Made by a program: the position numbers and the translations under genes
The notes under the pieces: model-generated
Told to the model about the DNA's origin: nothing
Seen by the model: only the letters and a program-made list of their open reading frames with translations
Database searches by the model: none
In this document: piece by piece, positions 1 through 13,702 of the stretch
How positions within the stretch are numbered: position 1 is the stretch's first letter
Layout of the letters: every line of letters starts with the position of its first letter
Source: Podarcis muralis
Taxonomy: Eukaryota
NCBI RefSeq assembly: GCF_964188315.1
Contig: NC_135656.1
Location: 42,656,001 to 42,720,000 of the forward strand
Direction: 5' to 3'
Length of the DNA stretch: 64,000 nt

Positions 1-370
1 CTGTAAGGGGAAACAGTCTGCCTTTCTCTTGCAGTTTGGCAGTGTTAATCTGACATGTTTTTCATATAAGTACCTTTGGAGAGAAATGAATTACCATTCT
101 GAGCAATTGCAGTCCATGGCACCTTCCCGACACTTGCCAGACTAAGAGCTGCAATTGCATGAAAGTGACTCTCCATTAGTAGTGAGCTTTACTCCCTTCC
201 CAGTGCCCCTGCTTCACATTCCAGGCTGTAGCAGCTACTGGGGGACCTCAGCACCTGAGAGTAATTGTCCTCTGAATTGAGTAATTTTTCCCCTGCAGTT
301 GCAAAGCAACTGGGTCAACAAGTTTTACAACAGCACAACTCTTATGTACTCTAAGAGCTGATGACTCCAT

Positions 371-554
371 GGGGACAAGAACTTGTTGAACTAACAATTG
401 GAAATGGAATACAAGAAGGGGAGGCGTGGGGAAGTCGTGGAAATAGGTTATTGAAAATAAGGATTGTAAACGTTGAGTGTTTTTAATTCTTTTTTTCTTT
501 TTTCTTTTTTCTGGATTTTCTTGAAAATTTCAATAAATATCTTTTTTTTAAAAA
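371..554 (+). mobile_element. L1-type LINE, 3' UTR fragment
   Basis: Ends in AATAAA plus a T/A-rich tail; flanked by an 18-bp direct repeat aagagctgatgactccat (353-370 and 555-572), read as a TSD. Confidence 0.7.
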
Positions 555-1029
555 AAGAGCTGATGACTCCATATCCTTTTTATTTCTGAAACATCTTTTT
601 TTTATGCTAGTCAAGTTTTACATTTGCATGTGAACATGTACAAAGCAATCCACTTTGAATTATTCATCTTCACACTTGCCATGCCTTTCATATTCTCTCA
701 TTACAACACAGAATCTTAATAAGCAACAAATAACAACTAAATTAGCTTTCAAACAGCAACACAAACTGAAAGACGAAGCCTAAACCAAATGTATATTAGT
801 GGAATTCAAGAAGGAAGATCAAATGTGTATATGTTTTGAAAAACCGAATGCTCGTTTTCCCGTTTCTACTTCTGATTTTGATAAGTCAATGCAGTGTGCC
901 TTCCATAACCTTGATAGCAGATATTGCTAGCTCAAAAATATTTTTTTCATGTTTTTCTTCATCTTCAAGATTTGGATTATTAGTATCAAGTATCTGTTGC
1001 CTTGTGCATCTACTCAAAAGAGATAAAAG

Positions 1030-1206
1030 GGGGAAAGCCATAGCTCAGTGGTAGAACATCTCCTTTGCATGCAGAAGCTCCCAGAGTCGGTTCCTGCCAT
1101 CTCCTGGAAGGACTGGGAATGTCCCTGTCTGAAACCCTGGAGATTTCCTGTTAGTGTATATGGACCAATGTTTTGACTCAATATAAAGCAGCTATCCTAT
1201 GTTCCT
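1030..1206 (+). mobile_element. tRNA-derived SINE (Squam3-like)
   Basis: Head ggggaaagccatagctcagtggtagaacatc with A-box, degenerate B-box, body ...gaaaccctggag..., tail cctatgttccta. Confidence 0.75.
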
Positions 1207-1691
1207 AAAAGTAAGCCCTATTGAATTCAATTGTGCTTACACCTTGGAACCAGGGCATAGGACTGTTAAGTGTAATTGTTTAATTGTACATTGAAATGGA
1301 CAAAAATATGTTTATATGCTCTGTATGTGTATTACTAAAGTGGCATGGAAAATTCCATTGAGCTAAACTAAAGAGCTCTCTGAGCATCCAGTGGATTGAT
1401 AATTAACTTAGGATGTATCTCTGCTAGCTGTCATGTGGTGTTTAACCTTAGATCACATGAGTAAGGTATGCAATTGCAAATCACTATTATGAGGGAGCTT
1501 TTGTTCTCAAGCCACTGAAGACAAAGGCGGCCAAATGTGCCTCTTCTGAAAAAAGCTCAAGGCTATAATTAAGGTTATGATTTCAGGTCTGTTTGGAGTT
1601 ATTTCATATTTGTAAGAAGCTGAACCTGTGCTTGGATAAGCATATGATTTTATGCAACTATTTGGATATCTCATTCTTTGTTTCTGTTTTG

Positions 1692-2300
1692 TTTTGGTTT
1701 TTTTTAAAATATTTTTTATTGAGTTTCTTTTCTTAGGTTCATAAACACAATATAACTTTTAGAAAATACAAGAAACAAATACAGAAAGAGAATAATAAAA
1801 GGAAAAAAAAGTTATTTCTGTCCAACTTTCAATATTCCAAATGGACTTCCCCTCATCCTCCAGACTCTGCGTACTTTGCAATAAAAGTTTCAGCAATTTG
1901 TTACCTTGTTTCTTAACTTACTGTATCTTTCAATTATTATGTTTCCAAATACATAATCTCATATCCCAAACTTTGTACCTTTAAAATTAACATAATAAAG
2001 TTGATTCATATTACCACCTCTTTTTTCTCGTCTTAATTTTCAGTTTTCCTAATCAAGTTGCTAAAGCAGAAATTTCTTAATCGTGCATATTTCTTAACAT
2101 TCATACAACTTATAATGTTTTTGCAAATAGTCCTTAAATTTTTTCCAGTCCTCTTCCATTGTTTCCTCTCCCAGATCTCGGATTCTGCCAGTCATTTCAG
2201 CCAGTTCCATATAGTCCATCAACTGCGTCTGCCACTCCTCCAACGTGGGTAGATCTTGAGTCTTCCAGTGCTTTGCAAGAAGAATTCTTGCTGCTGTGGT
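1692..2300 (-). mobile_element. 5'-truncated L1 LINE (ORF2 C-terminus, 3' UTR, poly-A)
   Basis: Minus strand reads TAARILLAKHWKTQDLPTLEEWQTQLMDYMELAEMTGRIRDLGEETMEEDWKKFKDYLQKHYKLYEC*; perfect 21-bp TSD tcattctttgtttctgttttg at 1671-1691 and 2301-2321. Confidence 0.85.
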
Positions 2301-3696
2301 TCATTCTTTGTTTCTGTTTTGGAACAAGTTCTGTTGTTAAAGCTTTGAAACCGTATTTTGGGTCTGGACAGTTTTTATGCTGAGGAGTAAGTTTTTATTC
2401 AACCTATTGCTTCAAGCTGTGCAATATTAATATCTACAATAAGGACCGCAGTCTCAGTTTCACTTTAGATTTGAATTTATTCTTTTTACAGCAAAGATAA
2501 ATATTCATTTATTTAAAATTCATGTCTAAGGCTTTAGGACTGTCAGAAAGGAGAAAACCACAACTCCTTGGAAGAAGTTAATTTCCCTATTCTGCTTTTA
2601 AGACCCTTGTTCTAAATCCAGAGGTGGACATTCACACACATTGCATCAACATTCCTTGACTAATTTTGCTCATTAGCTTCCTTGGTCATTGTGGTTACAA
2701 TGACAAAAAGTATGTCTGTTATGGGCAAATAGATTCACAACTCTTACACAAAGCCCAGAAGCACGACCTATGAGGGTGGACCATGTTCCGGTATATCAAA
2801 ACTCTAAAGCTGAAGGCTGAACTGGCAACTCTGCCCTTTAACTAATGTGCAGATGTAAGTTAATAAAACTTCCACGAGTCAGCTTAAGTCATCACCCATG
2901 AACATCCATCTGGGAGATCTTGGTACAAGACAGTTTTCCTTCAGATCATCTTAATTCTCTGACACTAAAAACCAGCTGTGCCCAAACAAGAGAATAGCTC
3001 AGCTTAAGATGGGTGTGGTGAGAAGATATGGATGCAGCAATCTCAGCATCCAGACGGTGACTAGACATGCCTGCAATGACATTGTTTCACAATAATTATT
3101 TGGGAATGCATCAAGGTGCTGACTACAAACAGTGCTCATGTCATTAGATTTTAACCCTGGAATTTAGGGTTCTGCCCATTTAAGGAGTCGACTTATTCAT
3201 CCATCTAGCACCACTTTTTAGTCCTAGGCCAATGACCTTCTCTCTTTTTGTCCTATTCCTTCATCCCTAGGATGCATTAGGAGATCAGTAAGAGCTGCTC
3301 TTCGTCTGTAAATAAGGCCCTGCTTTTGTCCAGTAGGGCCCTAGGATGCCTGGGATGTGAGATCAGGCCTCCCTGTGAACAAAATGGTCCCAGGAGATTC
3401 ATTATCTCCCAAGCACTCAACCGTCTCTTTCCATTCACTGGCTGACGTGTGCAGCAACGTAAGCCGAGAGCAGGGACATCAGTCTATCTTATTACACAAT
3501 AAGACTTGGTAATTGTGTCTCTCGGCTTCCTTGAATTAGGATGAGTTAGCTCTTCTCAACTCTTACCTCTTATTAGGTTGAAATTAAACAGCCTTATTTA
3601 TAAAAGCCACCTCACAGGCACAGAGAATGTCAAAAGGATTCCACTGTCTCCAAGCCCAGGCAGAAAACCCAGGAATTATTTCTAAGGCACTGATTT

Positions 3697-3786
3697 TCTG
3701 TCTTGCTATGGGGCTGAAGGAAGGAAAGTGCCAAGATGCCTCTGTCTTGCTATGGGGCTGAAGGAAGGAAAGTGCCAAGATGCCTC
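3697..3786. repeat. Perfect tandem duplication, 2 x 44 bp
   Basis: ctgtcttgctatggggctgaaggaaggaaagtgccaagatgcct occurs twice, head to tail. Confidence 0.95.
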
Positions 3787-4329
3787 AGGGGACAGTGTCT
3801 AGGGTGACTGAAGCAAGGAAGTTAGCAATATCTCCTGTGATGTTGTAGGATATGTGCCATTTTATGGGATCATCCATAAGCTATGCCATATATTGAAGAG
3901 CTAGGAGGAAACAGCAAAACTGTGACAAATGAAGGATTTTGTCAAAACAATTCAAAGAGGCATAAAGGGGGTGTTAAATAAAAGGCTTTAGTAAGTGTGA
4001 CATATTTTATGGATGGTCCATTTTACAAGAAGCAGAAGCAGTTAGAGTCAAGATGTGACAAGAATTAGACATAGGAGTAATCTATGGCACCTCTAGCCGC
4101 CCTTTTAAGTGTGCATTCACGATGATTTGTGCTCATGGCGGTATCAGGGCAGTTATACACAATCCCGCTTTCAATACTGTTTGTACCTGCAAGTTTCAAG
4201 GGTGGACATACTGCTTCATTTCCAACAAATGTGTGTTCTGTAGCTTCCTACTGAAATTCTGTACCTTTTAATATTACCAGTGTTGCAGTTTAATTTTGCC
4301 TCACTTTTGCTGTGCAAGAGTGCCTATTT

Positions 4330-4572
4330 ATTCATTTATTAATTAATGCATTTATATACAATATGGATATTCCTCCAAGGAGATCAAGGTGGCAAATGTG
4401 GCTCTCCTCCCTCTCCATTTGATTCTCAGAACAATCCAGTGAGGTTGGTTAGGCTGAGAGATTGTGAGTAGCCGAAGGTCACCCAGCAAGCTTCATGGCC
4501 AGTGGGGATTTGAACCCCCACTAAGGGGGTTCTTCCAGGTCCAACACCCTAACCACTACACCACACTGGCTC
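4330..4572 (-). mobile_element. MIR/L2-tailed tRNA SINE (approximate ends)
   Basis: Reverse strand starts agagccagtgtggtgtagtggttagg (tRNA head); related copies near 23220-23575, 25010-25180 and 41320-41520. Confidence 0.6.
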
Positions 4573-4622
4573 TAATTTCAGAATTAGAAATCCAGAACAA
4601 CTAATAAAGTGGACTGATGATG

Positions 4623-4885
4623 TACCGTATTTTTTGCTCTATAAGACGCACCAGACCACAAGACACACCTAGTTTTTGGAGGCGGAAAACAAGAAAAAAA
4701 AATATTCTGAATCTCAGAAGCCAGAACAGCAAGAGGGATCGCTGCGCAGTGAAAGCAGCAATCCCTCTCGCTGTTCCGGCTTCTGGGATAGCTGCGCAGC
4801 CCGCATTCGCTCCATAAGACACACACACATTTCCCCTTACATTTTAGGAGGGAAAAAGTGAGTCTTATAGAGCAAAAATACAGTA
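4623..4885. mobile_element. Tc1/mariner (Tc2/pogo-like) MITE
   Basis: TIRs tacc/tgtatttttgctctataagac with TA ends; further copies at 36950-37205 and 37658-37923. Confidence 0.8.
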
Positions 4886-7800
4886 TGTACGGTCCAATAT
4901 AAGTCTACCAGTAATGCATTATTACTGTGTCAATGACATGTTGCAGAATACACCCACAAAAAAGAAAAAAAAGAAACCCAGTCAATGACATCACTACGAA
5001 GTATCTTTATTCTCCCACATAACAATGTGAGTTTTCAGGATGAGTATGACAAATTGAACCACCACACTATGCCTCATTGTTAGAAAGCAACTTACTAACT
5101 TTTTAAAGCCGCTTTTTGACTTAAACTTATACCAAGAATGTCGGGATAACCCCTAGAAAAGGAAACAGCTCTTTTTCAAAAACAAGCTCTATGCTTGTTT
5201 GTTTGTTCTTTACAATCTCTGGAAGCCCTTCCTCCCTTTTAATATTTTTTTTTTAAAATAAACTGTGGCAAAGTTAGGCAATCTGGGACTTCATAGTTTT
5301 ATATGAGGGCCCTTCTATAGATGGCAATGTGTATTACTTCATGTACTTCAAAATGTGTAAGTTGGTCTTGCCTAATTTGGGGGCTTTCCTTCCCAATCTG
5401 CTGAGTGAGGCCCTGAACTTCTGTCCTGATGGCACCACTGACTGTGCAGGCCAAACAGCATGTGATTCTGAGGGCTGCCTCAGCCAACCTCTGTGGAAAT
5501 GCCCTCTCTTCAGTATCAGAGTTTGAAGGACTCCCCCTCACCACTGCCCTCCAGAGAATATATTTTTATGGCAGGAATTCATGGTTCCGGGCTCTTGTAG
5601 AAAAATATAGCATAGTCAGAGATAGATATCGAAGCTGGCAAGAGATTTATAACAAACAAACAAAAATATTTATCTGGCAGAGTGGTTTTCAGTCACTCCA
5701 GTGATGCAGAGAGGACACAATAATTTGCCTTTTGTGGGTTACAAAGGCTCCTTGTGAGTTTATCTTTAGATGAATTCAATCAAGCCTCTCCAAAGAGACG
5801 GTCATGCCAGGTGATGTGCTTGCTAACCCACCTGGTGTTTGGCTGCTGATTTTCTAATCATCCAATTTGCCAGCTTGGTAATGTGTTTATTGCTGATTAG
5901 TTCTGACTCAGATGTCTGCTGTTCTCTTTGGGGGAGAGTCTGTGTTCTTGAGAATGATCCTGCTGACTTTACATCATGTTGCAAACAACTTTACAAAATG
6001 GTCTGTGAGGGAGCTCTGTACTACACCTCTGGATCAGAGATAGGGCCAAGTCATAGTGGTGTGTTCTGAATATGAGTTGAATGCATACTAATAGCATTCA
6101 GCTGGTTGAAGTGACTGTGATCACTCATGCCCTCCTTGCAACTCAACACACATTTATCAATTGTAGCCTAAGCACATCTGGAGGACCACAGGCTCCCCAG
6201 CTCAGCCCAGGAAGACTGTACTATCTCATTCTGGTCTATCCATAGACCAGACCAGAGGTGTTGATGTTCAAGCCAACCTGCAAGAAACATGCTCTCTAAT
6301 CCCAGGTGCAGGAAGGTTCAAGAATGTCCAGGAATCTGATCTCACAGCAGGTACATTGGCATGCAGGTCTGGGGACTGAGCCATCATTTACAATGACCTA
6401 GACTGAGGGAAGGTGATATCAGACAGACCCAGAGACTGAGCAATCCATGAGGCATTGGCAATCCAGTGTGGTGCAGTCTCTAGAGGGGTCAGACAAGGAC
6501 CGGGGAGATCCAGGTTCAAGTCCTCATGACACTCAGCCACAAAGCTTTTGAGGGAGCTGCTGTTTTTCAGTACAATCCAACTCACAAGGTTTCTTTGAGA
6601 TTAAAAATAATAATGGATCATGTATGCAACTTTGAGCTTCTTGGAAGGGTAGCTGCGGTAGCCATAGTAGTCCTTGGCAGGTATTGCTCTGACACCTTGG
6701 TTCTAAATTAACCTGAGGGGAACTGAGGAAGAGAAGTTCCATCAAAAGCAAGCTCTTTTGATGGGCCAATTGAATTCTCACCATGAGTTCTTATGAGCCA
6801 CTAAGAAAAGGAGTAGCTGTGGTAGTCTCATCAGGTATTTGCTTAGACACTTTGGTTCTAAATTAACTTGAGGAAGGCAGAGAGAAGCTCCATCATAAGC
6901 AAGCTTTGGAGAGAGGCAGAGACCAAGGGTGTGTTCACATTGCCACCTTACAGTGCAGCACAGTTGTTTTTCCCCTGAGGTGCTTTACTGCTCTTCCGCT
7001 CCCCACCAGCTGTTCACATCAGTACAGCTTAATTAGTATGAGGTTCATTTTTGTTTGTTTACACAAACAAATTAGTAACAGCTTAAGGAATCCAATCAGC
7101 GTGAAGCTGGTTTGAGAAATGAGGCAGTACAGGATACATATGCATTTTGGATCATGCTGTGTGAATATGGATTAAAAACCCAGCACTGGAGATGCAGTAA
7201 GTGCGCGGCAAAGAGGAGCTGAATGTGGTCCAAGGGTAGAACAGGACTGTGCACTTGGCTTCCTCCCATTTTGTTATTTCCCCACTCTCTCCCCTTCCTC
7301 ATTCAAGCACCTTGTCGTCTGCCCTTATACTTCATTACCAATATGGCTCTGCCTCATTGTGTGCTTTCCCATCCTTAGTGCCTATTTGCTTATTGAGGTC
7401 TTTATGCCAGCATGTGTCACCATGGCACTGGAACTAAGAGGCCTATGAAAAGCTCTTCCAAAGAAATCATAGAAGGGAATGGATGGAGAGAATGCTGTGC
7501 CTTGTTAGCAAATGAAGAAGAAGAGTATATTGAGCAGCCCCCAAAAAGAGATGAGACAGTCATCTCTCGGTAAAATTGGCTTAGGATGAAAAGCAAATAA
7601 AGAAGCACTTGGACATTTTTATATCAGGAAGCCACTCATACCTTTCAGAAGCATTCAAGAGAGAAGATAAGCTTCTTCCTGAGAACGATTGCTATTCTAG
7701 GTGGTGATTCATTCATTCATTCTTCATTTATAGAAACTGGAGATATTGGGGGTGGAGGGACGGGGCGGGGGAAAGAAAAACAATGCTCTTATATTAGTTA

Positions 7801-8989
7801 AGAGGCTGGAAAGCAGATGCCTCAGGGGTGAAGGACAAATACTTATTTGGATGGGATGAGACTATCAAAATAAGTGGAGTGGCAAAAGTAAGAGCCAATG
7901 CATGTAAGTGGGTATGATTTTTGAAGGACCTGGCTGAGGTTGGTTGCTTAGGTCTGCCTTGTTCCCCAAACAGAGGTGGTCCCTATAATAAATTCATGCC
8001 CTAATTATAAAACAGAAGATGACCCTCTCCCTGTGTACCATGGGAAGGGCTCTTCTCCAAACCTTGCTTCAAGTATCAGAAGCTTGAGAATCCCTTCGGA
8101 TCAAGTGTTGGAAACAAACAGTGGAGGCCTAGGTTCAATCTGTGTCAGGCCATGAAGGTGCCAACCTTTTCCAAACTTGATTTACCCTCAGAGGCTTGTT
8201 GTGATTGGGGCAGGAGGGGACCTAGAACCCCCCTCATTATATAACCCCATTCACCATAAGGCGGGGCGGAGCACAGCATGTGTTGAAGGTTGGTCTATAG
8301 ATGTTTTGGATGTTTAAGCAAATGAGTGATTCCAACTCACAGGCTACCATTTCAAACAATTACTAGGCAAGGAGCCAACATTTGTCCATGTAGCTCAGTA
8401 CTGTCCCCCCCCCCCCCATCACCTACTGCTGAAGTGCTTTCACTTGGAGATGCCCAGATTTGAACCTGAGTCCTTCTGAAATGCAAGCCATTTATTTAAA
8501 AGGGAGCAGGGAACTCATCAAGGATTTATTTTTCTTTAAATGGGTTTTCTTGAACTTTAGGTACTTATGGGTTTTTTGGGGTTTTTTTGCAAATAAAATA
8601 AAGATTTTGTTCATTTTTTAATTGTGCAGGATAGTGTGCTTAAACCTAACTGAAAGTTTTCAGTAATGCTGAAAAGGAAAATCAGCCCCCCACTCACCCA
8701 CCCAATAACTCACAGTCCCATTCAAATTGTCAAAGAATTCAAATATGCAGGAAAACCGGGAAAGTTTTTTGTGTCATGGATTCATAGAATTGTGGAGTTG
8801 GAGGGGATCCCCAGGGTCAACCCGTTGCAAGTCGTTGGTAAAGTTCAGTACCTCTGCAGAAAGAAGTAAGGCTTGCGATTCCTTCCTCGATTTAAATCAG
8901 AGAGGACCACGAAAAACACCCACAGTCATCTCAGGAAAATAGTGGCCTCTGTGTTCTCACCGAGTAACTTTCAGGGAGACCTCTGGAGT

Positions 8990-9338
8990 CCTCCCGTCCG
9001 CCAGACTCACATTTCTAAGAGTCCACGTTTGATCTCCTCGCTCTCTTTTCGCCTCTGCTTTCCCGCTCTGCGGGAGGGGTTGCAGCCGAGCCGGCGTGTG
9101 AGACAGAGGATGGTCTTCTTCTTTTCTGCCAAACACTACCGCGCATCGCGTGGATCCTTTCTGCTGTGCACTTGCCTGCTGCTCCCTTCGTCCCGGACTG
9201 GGCATCTTCAAGCCTCCCCCGCGCACTTGTGGACTGCATCCCTGGGAGCCAATCAGAGCCGCCTCTTCCTCCCCTCATCGGCAAGTTCAGCTTGCTTGCG
9301 GTGCCTCTCCTTGGGTGCAGAGCCCAGCGTCGGTCAGG
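8990..9338 (+). promoter_or_regulatory. CpG-rich promoter and probable non-coding first exon of the kisspeptin receptor
   Basis: CpG-enriched; agccaatcag CCAAT box near 9248; strong donor cagg|gtaagt at 9338/9339; matching acceptor ctcctcttcgcttcag at 10006, two bases before the ATG. Confidence 0.6.
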
Positions 9339-9859
9339 GTAAGTCCCGGGAAGGATGCTGCGCCAAAGGAGGCGGGTGGAAAAGAAGGAGTTGGTACAGG
9401 AAGAAGCTCAGGAACCCCCAGCGTAGTGGAAAGGGCAGACGGAGAGGAGAGAGAGTTGCCAGCACGCTGTGGTGCAGATGAGGGTGAAGGGGTGTGCGGG
9501 GGTTTCTGTTCTGGCACAGGAGAAGGATTGCAGGAATAATGGGATCAACTCAGAGAGAACCCACCAGCGCAAAAGATGCTCTTTTGCCAACCCCACCGCT
9601 AATAGTTGCTGCATCACCTTGCTACTGCCCCTGAGCCTGAAAGGTATGAGAAACCTTAGGAAGCTTCTTAATTGTTTTTTTCCTTCCACCCAAAGACCTG
9701 CTGAAGCTTTGAAATTTAATGGGGGATGTCTCCTTTCCCTACATTTGGCACCCAACCCTATTTCTGCCAGGACTTTGCAAGTCACACACCCCTCTCTCCT
9801 GTGGCTAAGAGGAAATTGATCACCCTTGGGACATCAGTAGTTGCTCCAGTCCCTGCTAC

Positions 9860-9861
<2 letters not shown>

Positions 9862-9917
<56 letters not shown>
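9862..9917. repeat. (CT)n microsatellite in the predicted 5' UTR intron
   Basis: Uninterrupted ct run. Confidence 0.95.
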
Positions 9918-9918
<1 letters not shown>

Positions 9919-10008
9919 AGAGAAATTAGTAAGACTTCCCACCCACGTTGCTTAGGAAGGAAGGCTGCCCAGGTAGGGTTGTTGTGGGTCCTCCTCTTCG
10001 CTTCAGGA

Positions 10009-10312
10009 ATGGAGGCTGAACTTTCGCCTTCTGAGGCCTGGTCCAGCGGGACAGCAGAACCCACCACGCCCTGGTTGATGGAGCTGAGCAGTGTTGGGCC
10101 CAGCACAGATGGTGCCCTTCCAGTTGGGATGCAGCTGTGGATCTTCAACAGCAGTGGAGAGGAGGACACCTCACCCCCGTTTCTGACCGACGCCTGGCTT
10201 GTGCCTGTCTTCTACGCCCTCATCATGCTGCTTGGTCTGGTGGGGAACTCACTGGTCATCTATGTCATCAGCAAGCACCGCCAGATGCGCACAGCCACCA
10301 ACTTCTACATTG
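10009..10312 (+). CDS. KISS1R: Kisspeptin receptor (GPR54 family), coding exon 1 (N-terminus, TM1)
   Basis: MEAELS...[41 protein letters not shown]; donor g|gtgagt, phase 1. The symbol denotes the family; the paralogue is uncertain. Confidence 0.95.
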
Positions 10313-10811
10313 GTGAGTGAACCCTGCCTGCTTGCTTTCCTGTGCTCTAGGCTTGCCCCCCGAGCACCTTGACTGCTGACAGGTGTCTGGGCAGGAAGAA
10401 GGAGTGTAAAACTTCTTCCAACTCTCCTCTCTGATCTTCTTCAACCTGCCACATGTTACAGTGCCCAGACATGACTTTAGGCTTCTGTTATGCCAGAGAG
10501 TGCCCATCCGTCCTAACCAGGATTGCTAATGGAATATTTCATATCCCCAGTATGCACAGCCCTTTCCCAATGTTACCCAATGTTCTTCCATAACATAAAC
10601 AAGACAGGAAAGGCTGTTGAAAACTAACCTCGTAGTGAATTTGCCTGACATGCCTTCTCCACCCGGTGTGGTAAATAAAGTATTACCTATTATTGGTCAG
10701 CCTCCCACTGCTAAGACAAGTCAGTCTTGATTGCATTTTACTGATTTCGCAGACAGATGGTTAAAATACCCATCCATCCCAATTTTTATTTTCATTTCAA
10801 CTGATTCTCAT

Positions 10812-10972
10812 CCAGCTGGATATCTCAGTTGGTTAGAACATGGTGCTGACAATGCCAAGGTTGCAGGTTCAATTTCAATCCCCATATGGGGCAACTGCAT
10901 ATTCCTGCATTGCAGGGGAATGGACTGGATGATCCTTCGGGTCCCTTCCGACCTTATAATTCTAAGAGCTTC
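10812..10972 (+). mobile_element. tRNA-derived SINE with CR1-like tail (Squam2-like)
   Basis: tctcagttggttagaacatggtgctgacaatgccaaggttgcaggttcaa head, then ...ggactggatgatccttcgggtcccttcc CR1-type 3' end. Confidence 0.7.
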
Positions 10973-11710
10973 TAAGAGTACATTTATGGTCCATAGTGAC
11001 CTGTAGCCTCCTGCTTGCACAATTCCTGGTACAGTATATAACTTGTTCTGATGTCTTCCAGTGATTATCTACTGTCAGGGGAAGAGAATCTTACTCTCCT
11101 CTATGCTCATCAGGAATCTTCAGTACACTTGCTCTAACTTTAAAATAATTGCGGATGTAATTTATCTTCAAGATGTATGTTGATTTACCAAAAGAAAATA
11201 CTGCAAATTGGGATATTACTTAATCTGTTTCTTCCATTATTTACCATACAAATTTGGCACCCTGATATAACAACTCTCACAATTTCATACCTCTCCGTGT
11301 ACTATCAATATATTTAGATTGTGTGCCACAGCTATAGTGTCTACTTAGAAGTAAGTCCCACTGAGTTCAGCGTTGAAATAGTGGACTCTGTTCTGAGAAA
11401 ACATGCAAAGGAACCCTCGGGAGCTCACTTTAAGCTCCTGAATGTTTCTTTTGAACCGTGTCCTTACCTTCCTCCACATACAATTCTAGGTTTGGAGCAG
11501 GCAGGCATAGTCTGAGGGAAACAGCTTCATGGGACCAGTAACAGGCTTAATTAGGCTTGAGGGCTGGAGGTTCACCATCCCGATATATAAGCTTGTTCTT
11601 TTAAAAGGCAATCATTTTACCCATTAAACAGATACCAGGGGAGGGGGCAGAACACACAGGTATCTCAGTGCTAGATGCAAATTCAGTACACAACAGCAAC
11701 AGGTACACAG

Positions 11711-11956
11711 TACAATGATACCTTAGGTTACAGATGCTTCAGGTTACAGGCGTTTCAGGTTACAGACTCCACTAACCCAGAAATAGTACCTCAGGTTAAG
11801 AACTTTGCTTCAGGATGAGAACAGAAATTGTGCGGCGGCAGCATGGCAGCAGCGGGAGGCCCCATTAGCTAAAGTGGTACCTCAGGTTAAGAACAGTTTC
11901 AGGTTAAGAACGGACCTCCAGAACGAATTAAGTTCTTAACCCGAGGTACCACTGTA
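11711..11956. mobile_element. Tigger/pogo-like MITE
   Basis: TIR tacagtggtacctcgggttaagaac, TA ends, internal caggtta repeats; copies at 53402-53631 and partially at 32812-33035. Confidence 0.8.
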
Positions 11957-13702
11957 CAACATGCACATTATGCTTTTGGGAGCAAGAGGATTCCCTTCCT
12001 TTTGTGCTCAGTTTCCTTAAATGTTTAAACTGTCTGAGAAACATCTACAACTCACTGATTGGCGCTTTAATTTAATTTAAGTAGTTTGTTTAAACATCTA
12101 TATCCTACCCTTCCTCCCTAAGGCAGCAGATGAGAAGTGATAAAACATCTTCAAAATATTTTGAAAAGCTAAACAGACATGCAAATTTGCTGCCTGATGA
12201 GCCATACTACAGCTGTTCGACAAGGACAGTATAAAGGGAAGCTCCCCATGGTTTCACATTTTCAATTTCCTTGAGCTAGCCAAGGGATTCAGCCAATATA
12301 ATGTGTGAAGCTGGTCAGCGTCTGCATCCAAAGCATAGCTTGGTGAGTCTAGATGAGAAATCCCCACTCGCAGTCCTTGGCAAAGAAAGTGTTTCTTTGT
12401 CTGATTACCGCGATCCACCACCCTGCCCTCTGCTTTTCCTTAGTGTGTGAAGACTGCCAGTGTTTTGCATGGTCTAGTTTAGTTTGTTTTCCATCTCACA
12501 ATCATTGTTAGGCTTTCCATTATTAGTGTGAAGGCTTGTATCTCATCAAAAATGGTTTTGTGACTGCTCTAGACAGAAGTTGTATACTATTCCTCTTCTG
12601 AGGTATTTCCCAGTCCCATTCTCTGTCATTACTGGGGTCTGCTATTGGTCCTCCTCCTTCTAACCTAGATTTACCCTATTATACCCTGGACCCATTCTCC
12701 ATTTTCATGAATGCAGCTATTTTCTAACATTCTTTTACCAAAAGCTGCATCCAACTGGCTGCAACCTGCTCTCAGGGCACTTTCACACTATCACTTTTTC
12801 AGGTGGGATTCAGACACATACAGTACTAGCAATTGCAGGTTGCACAGTTCAAGATAACTGAGTGGTCTTTTGCGACAAATCTGCTTCCCCAAAAGACTGG
12901 ACCTATCTGCAATAAGGAAAGTGATGGGAAAGTTATGGGATAACAGTTGCTTTGATGCCCAGGAGCCAGCATTGTCTAATCTCTCTGCAATCAAATCAGT
13001 GTGAATGCTCAATAAACACATCACCTGGAAGTCCTCAGCCCTATTTTTTGTGCATTAAATATCCCGGTATTTAAAAAAATTAATTAATTTTATTAAAATT
13101 GTTATTTATTTATTTTTAAGAATAATTTTTTATTAACCGACCAATCACATCAAATCAAACCAAATTACATAAATTCCAAATTACACAGCCGAATTTTAAA
13201 TTTTTGTTGGGGGTACCCATATTTCAAGTTCCGAAGGAGATCCAATCAACTTCTTGCTTCTTACTGCTGTTTTAATGTCCACAAATCTAACCTTATGATG
13301 TTCACAGTACTATCCAGTCCTTTCTTATTGTTTTTCCACATCTCTTGTTGTTATTTTCATATATTTTTCCTTTCTCTTTGTGACCTCTGATAGTCTCCAC
13401 AAGCTGGTTAGAACAGTTTGTAATCCTGCGTGGATATATTTTTTTTTTATCCAGTAGCCATATCCAGACGTTTTCCATATAACATCACTTCCAACATCAC
13501 TACATCAAAACAGTCTTAGTGTCATTAATCTTCACCAATCTGCCTCCTTTCTCAAAACCTCTGAGGAGATTCACTAGGAATGCAGTCTGAAAATAAGTTC
13601 GTTCCTCCTCCCGGCTATAAATCCTTTGGCAAGATGGCGACTCCGAATTAATTGCTGCGCCATTCCAAAAGCTCTTATTGCTTCTCGATCTCCATAAAGC
13701 AT

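Noticed and set aside
1030-1110. tRNA-like heads (also near 10812 and in the Sauria SINEs)
   Set aside because: They continue into SINE bodies and lack an intact cloverleaf, so they are not tRNA genes.
8873-9819. Several long overlapping ORFs (202, 129, 125 and 116 aa)
   Set aside because: GC-rich promoter sequence with few stops; no recognisable protein motifs.
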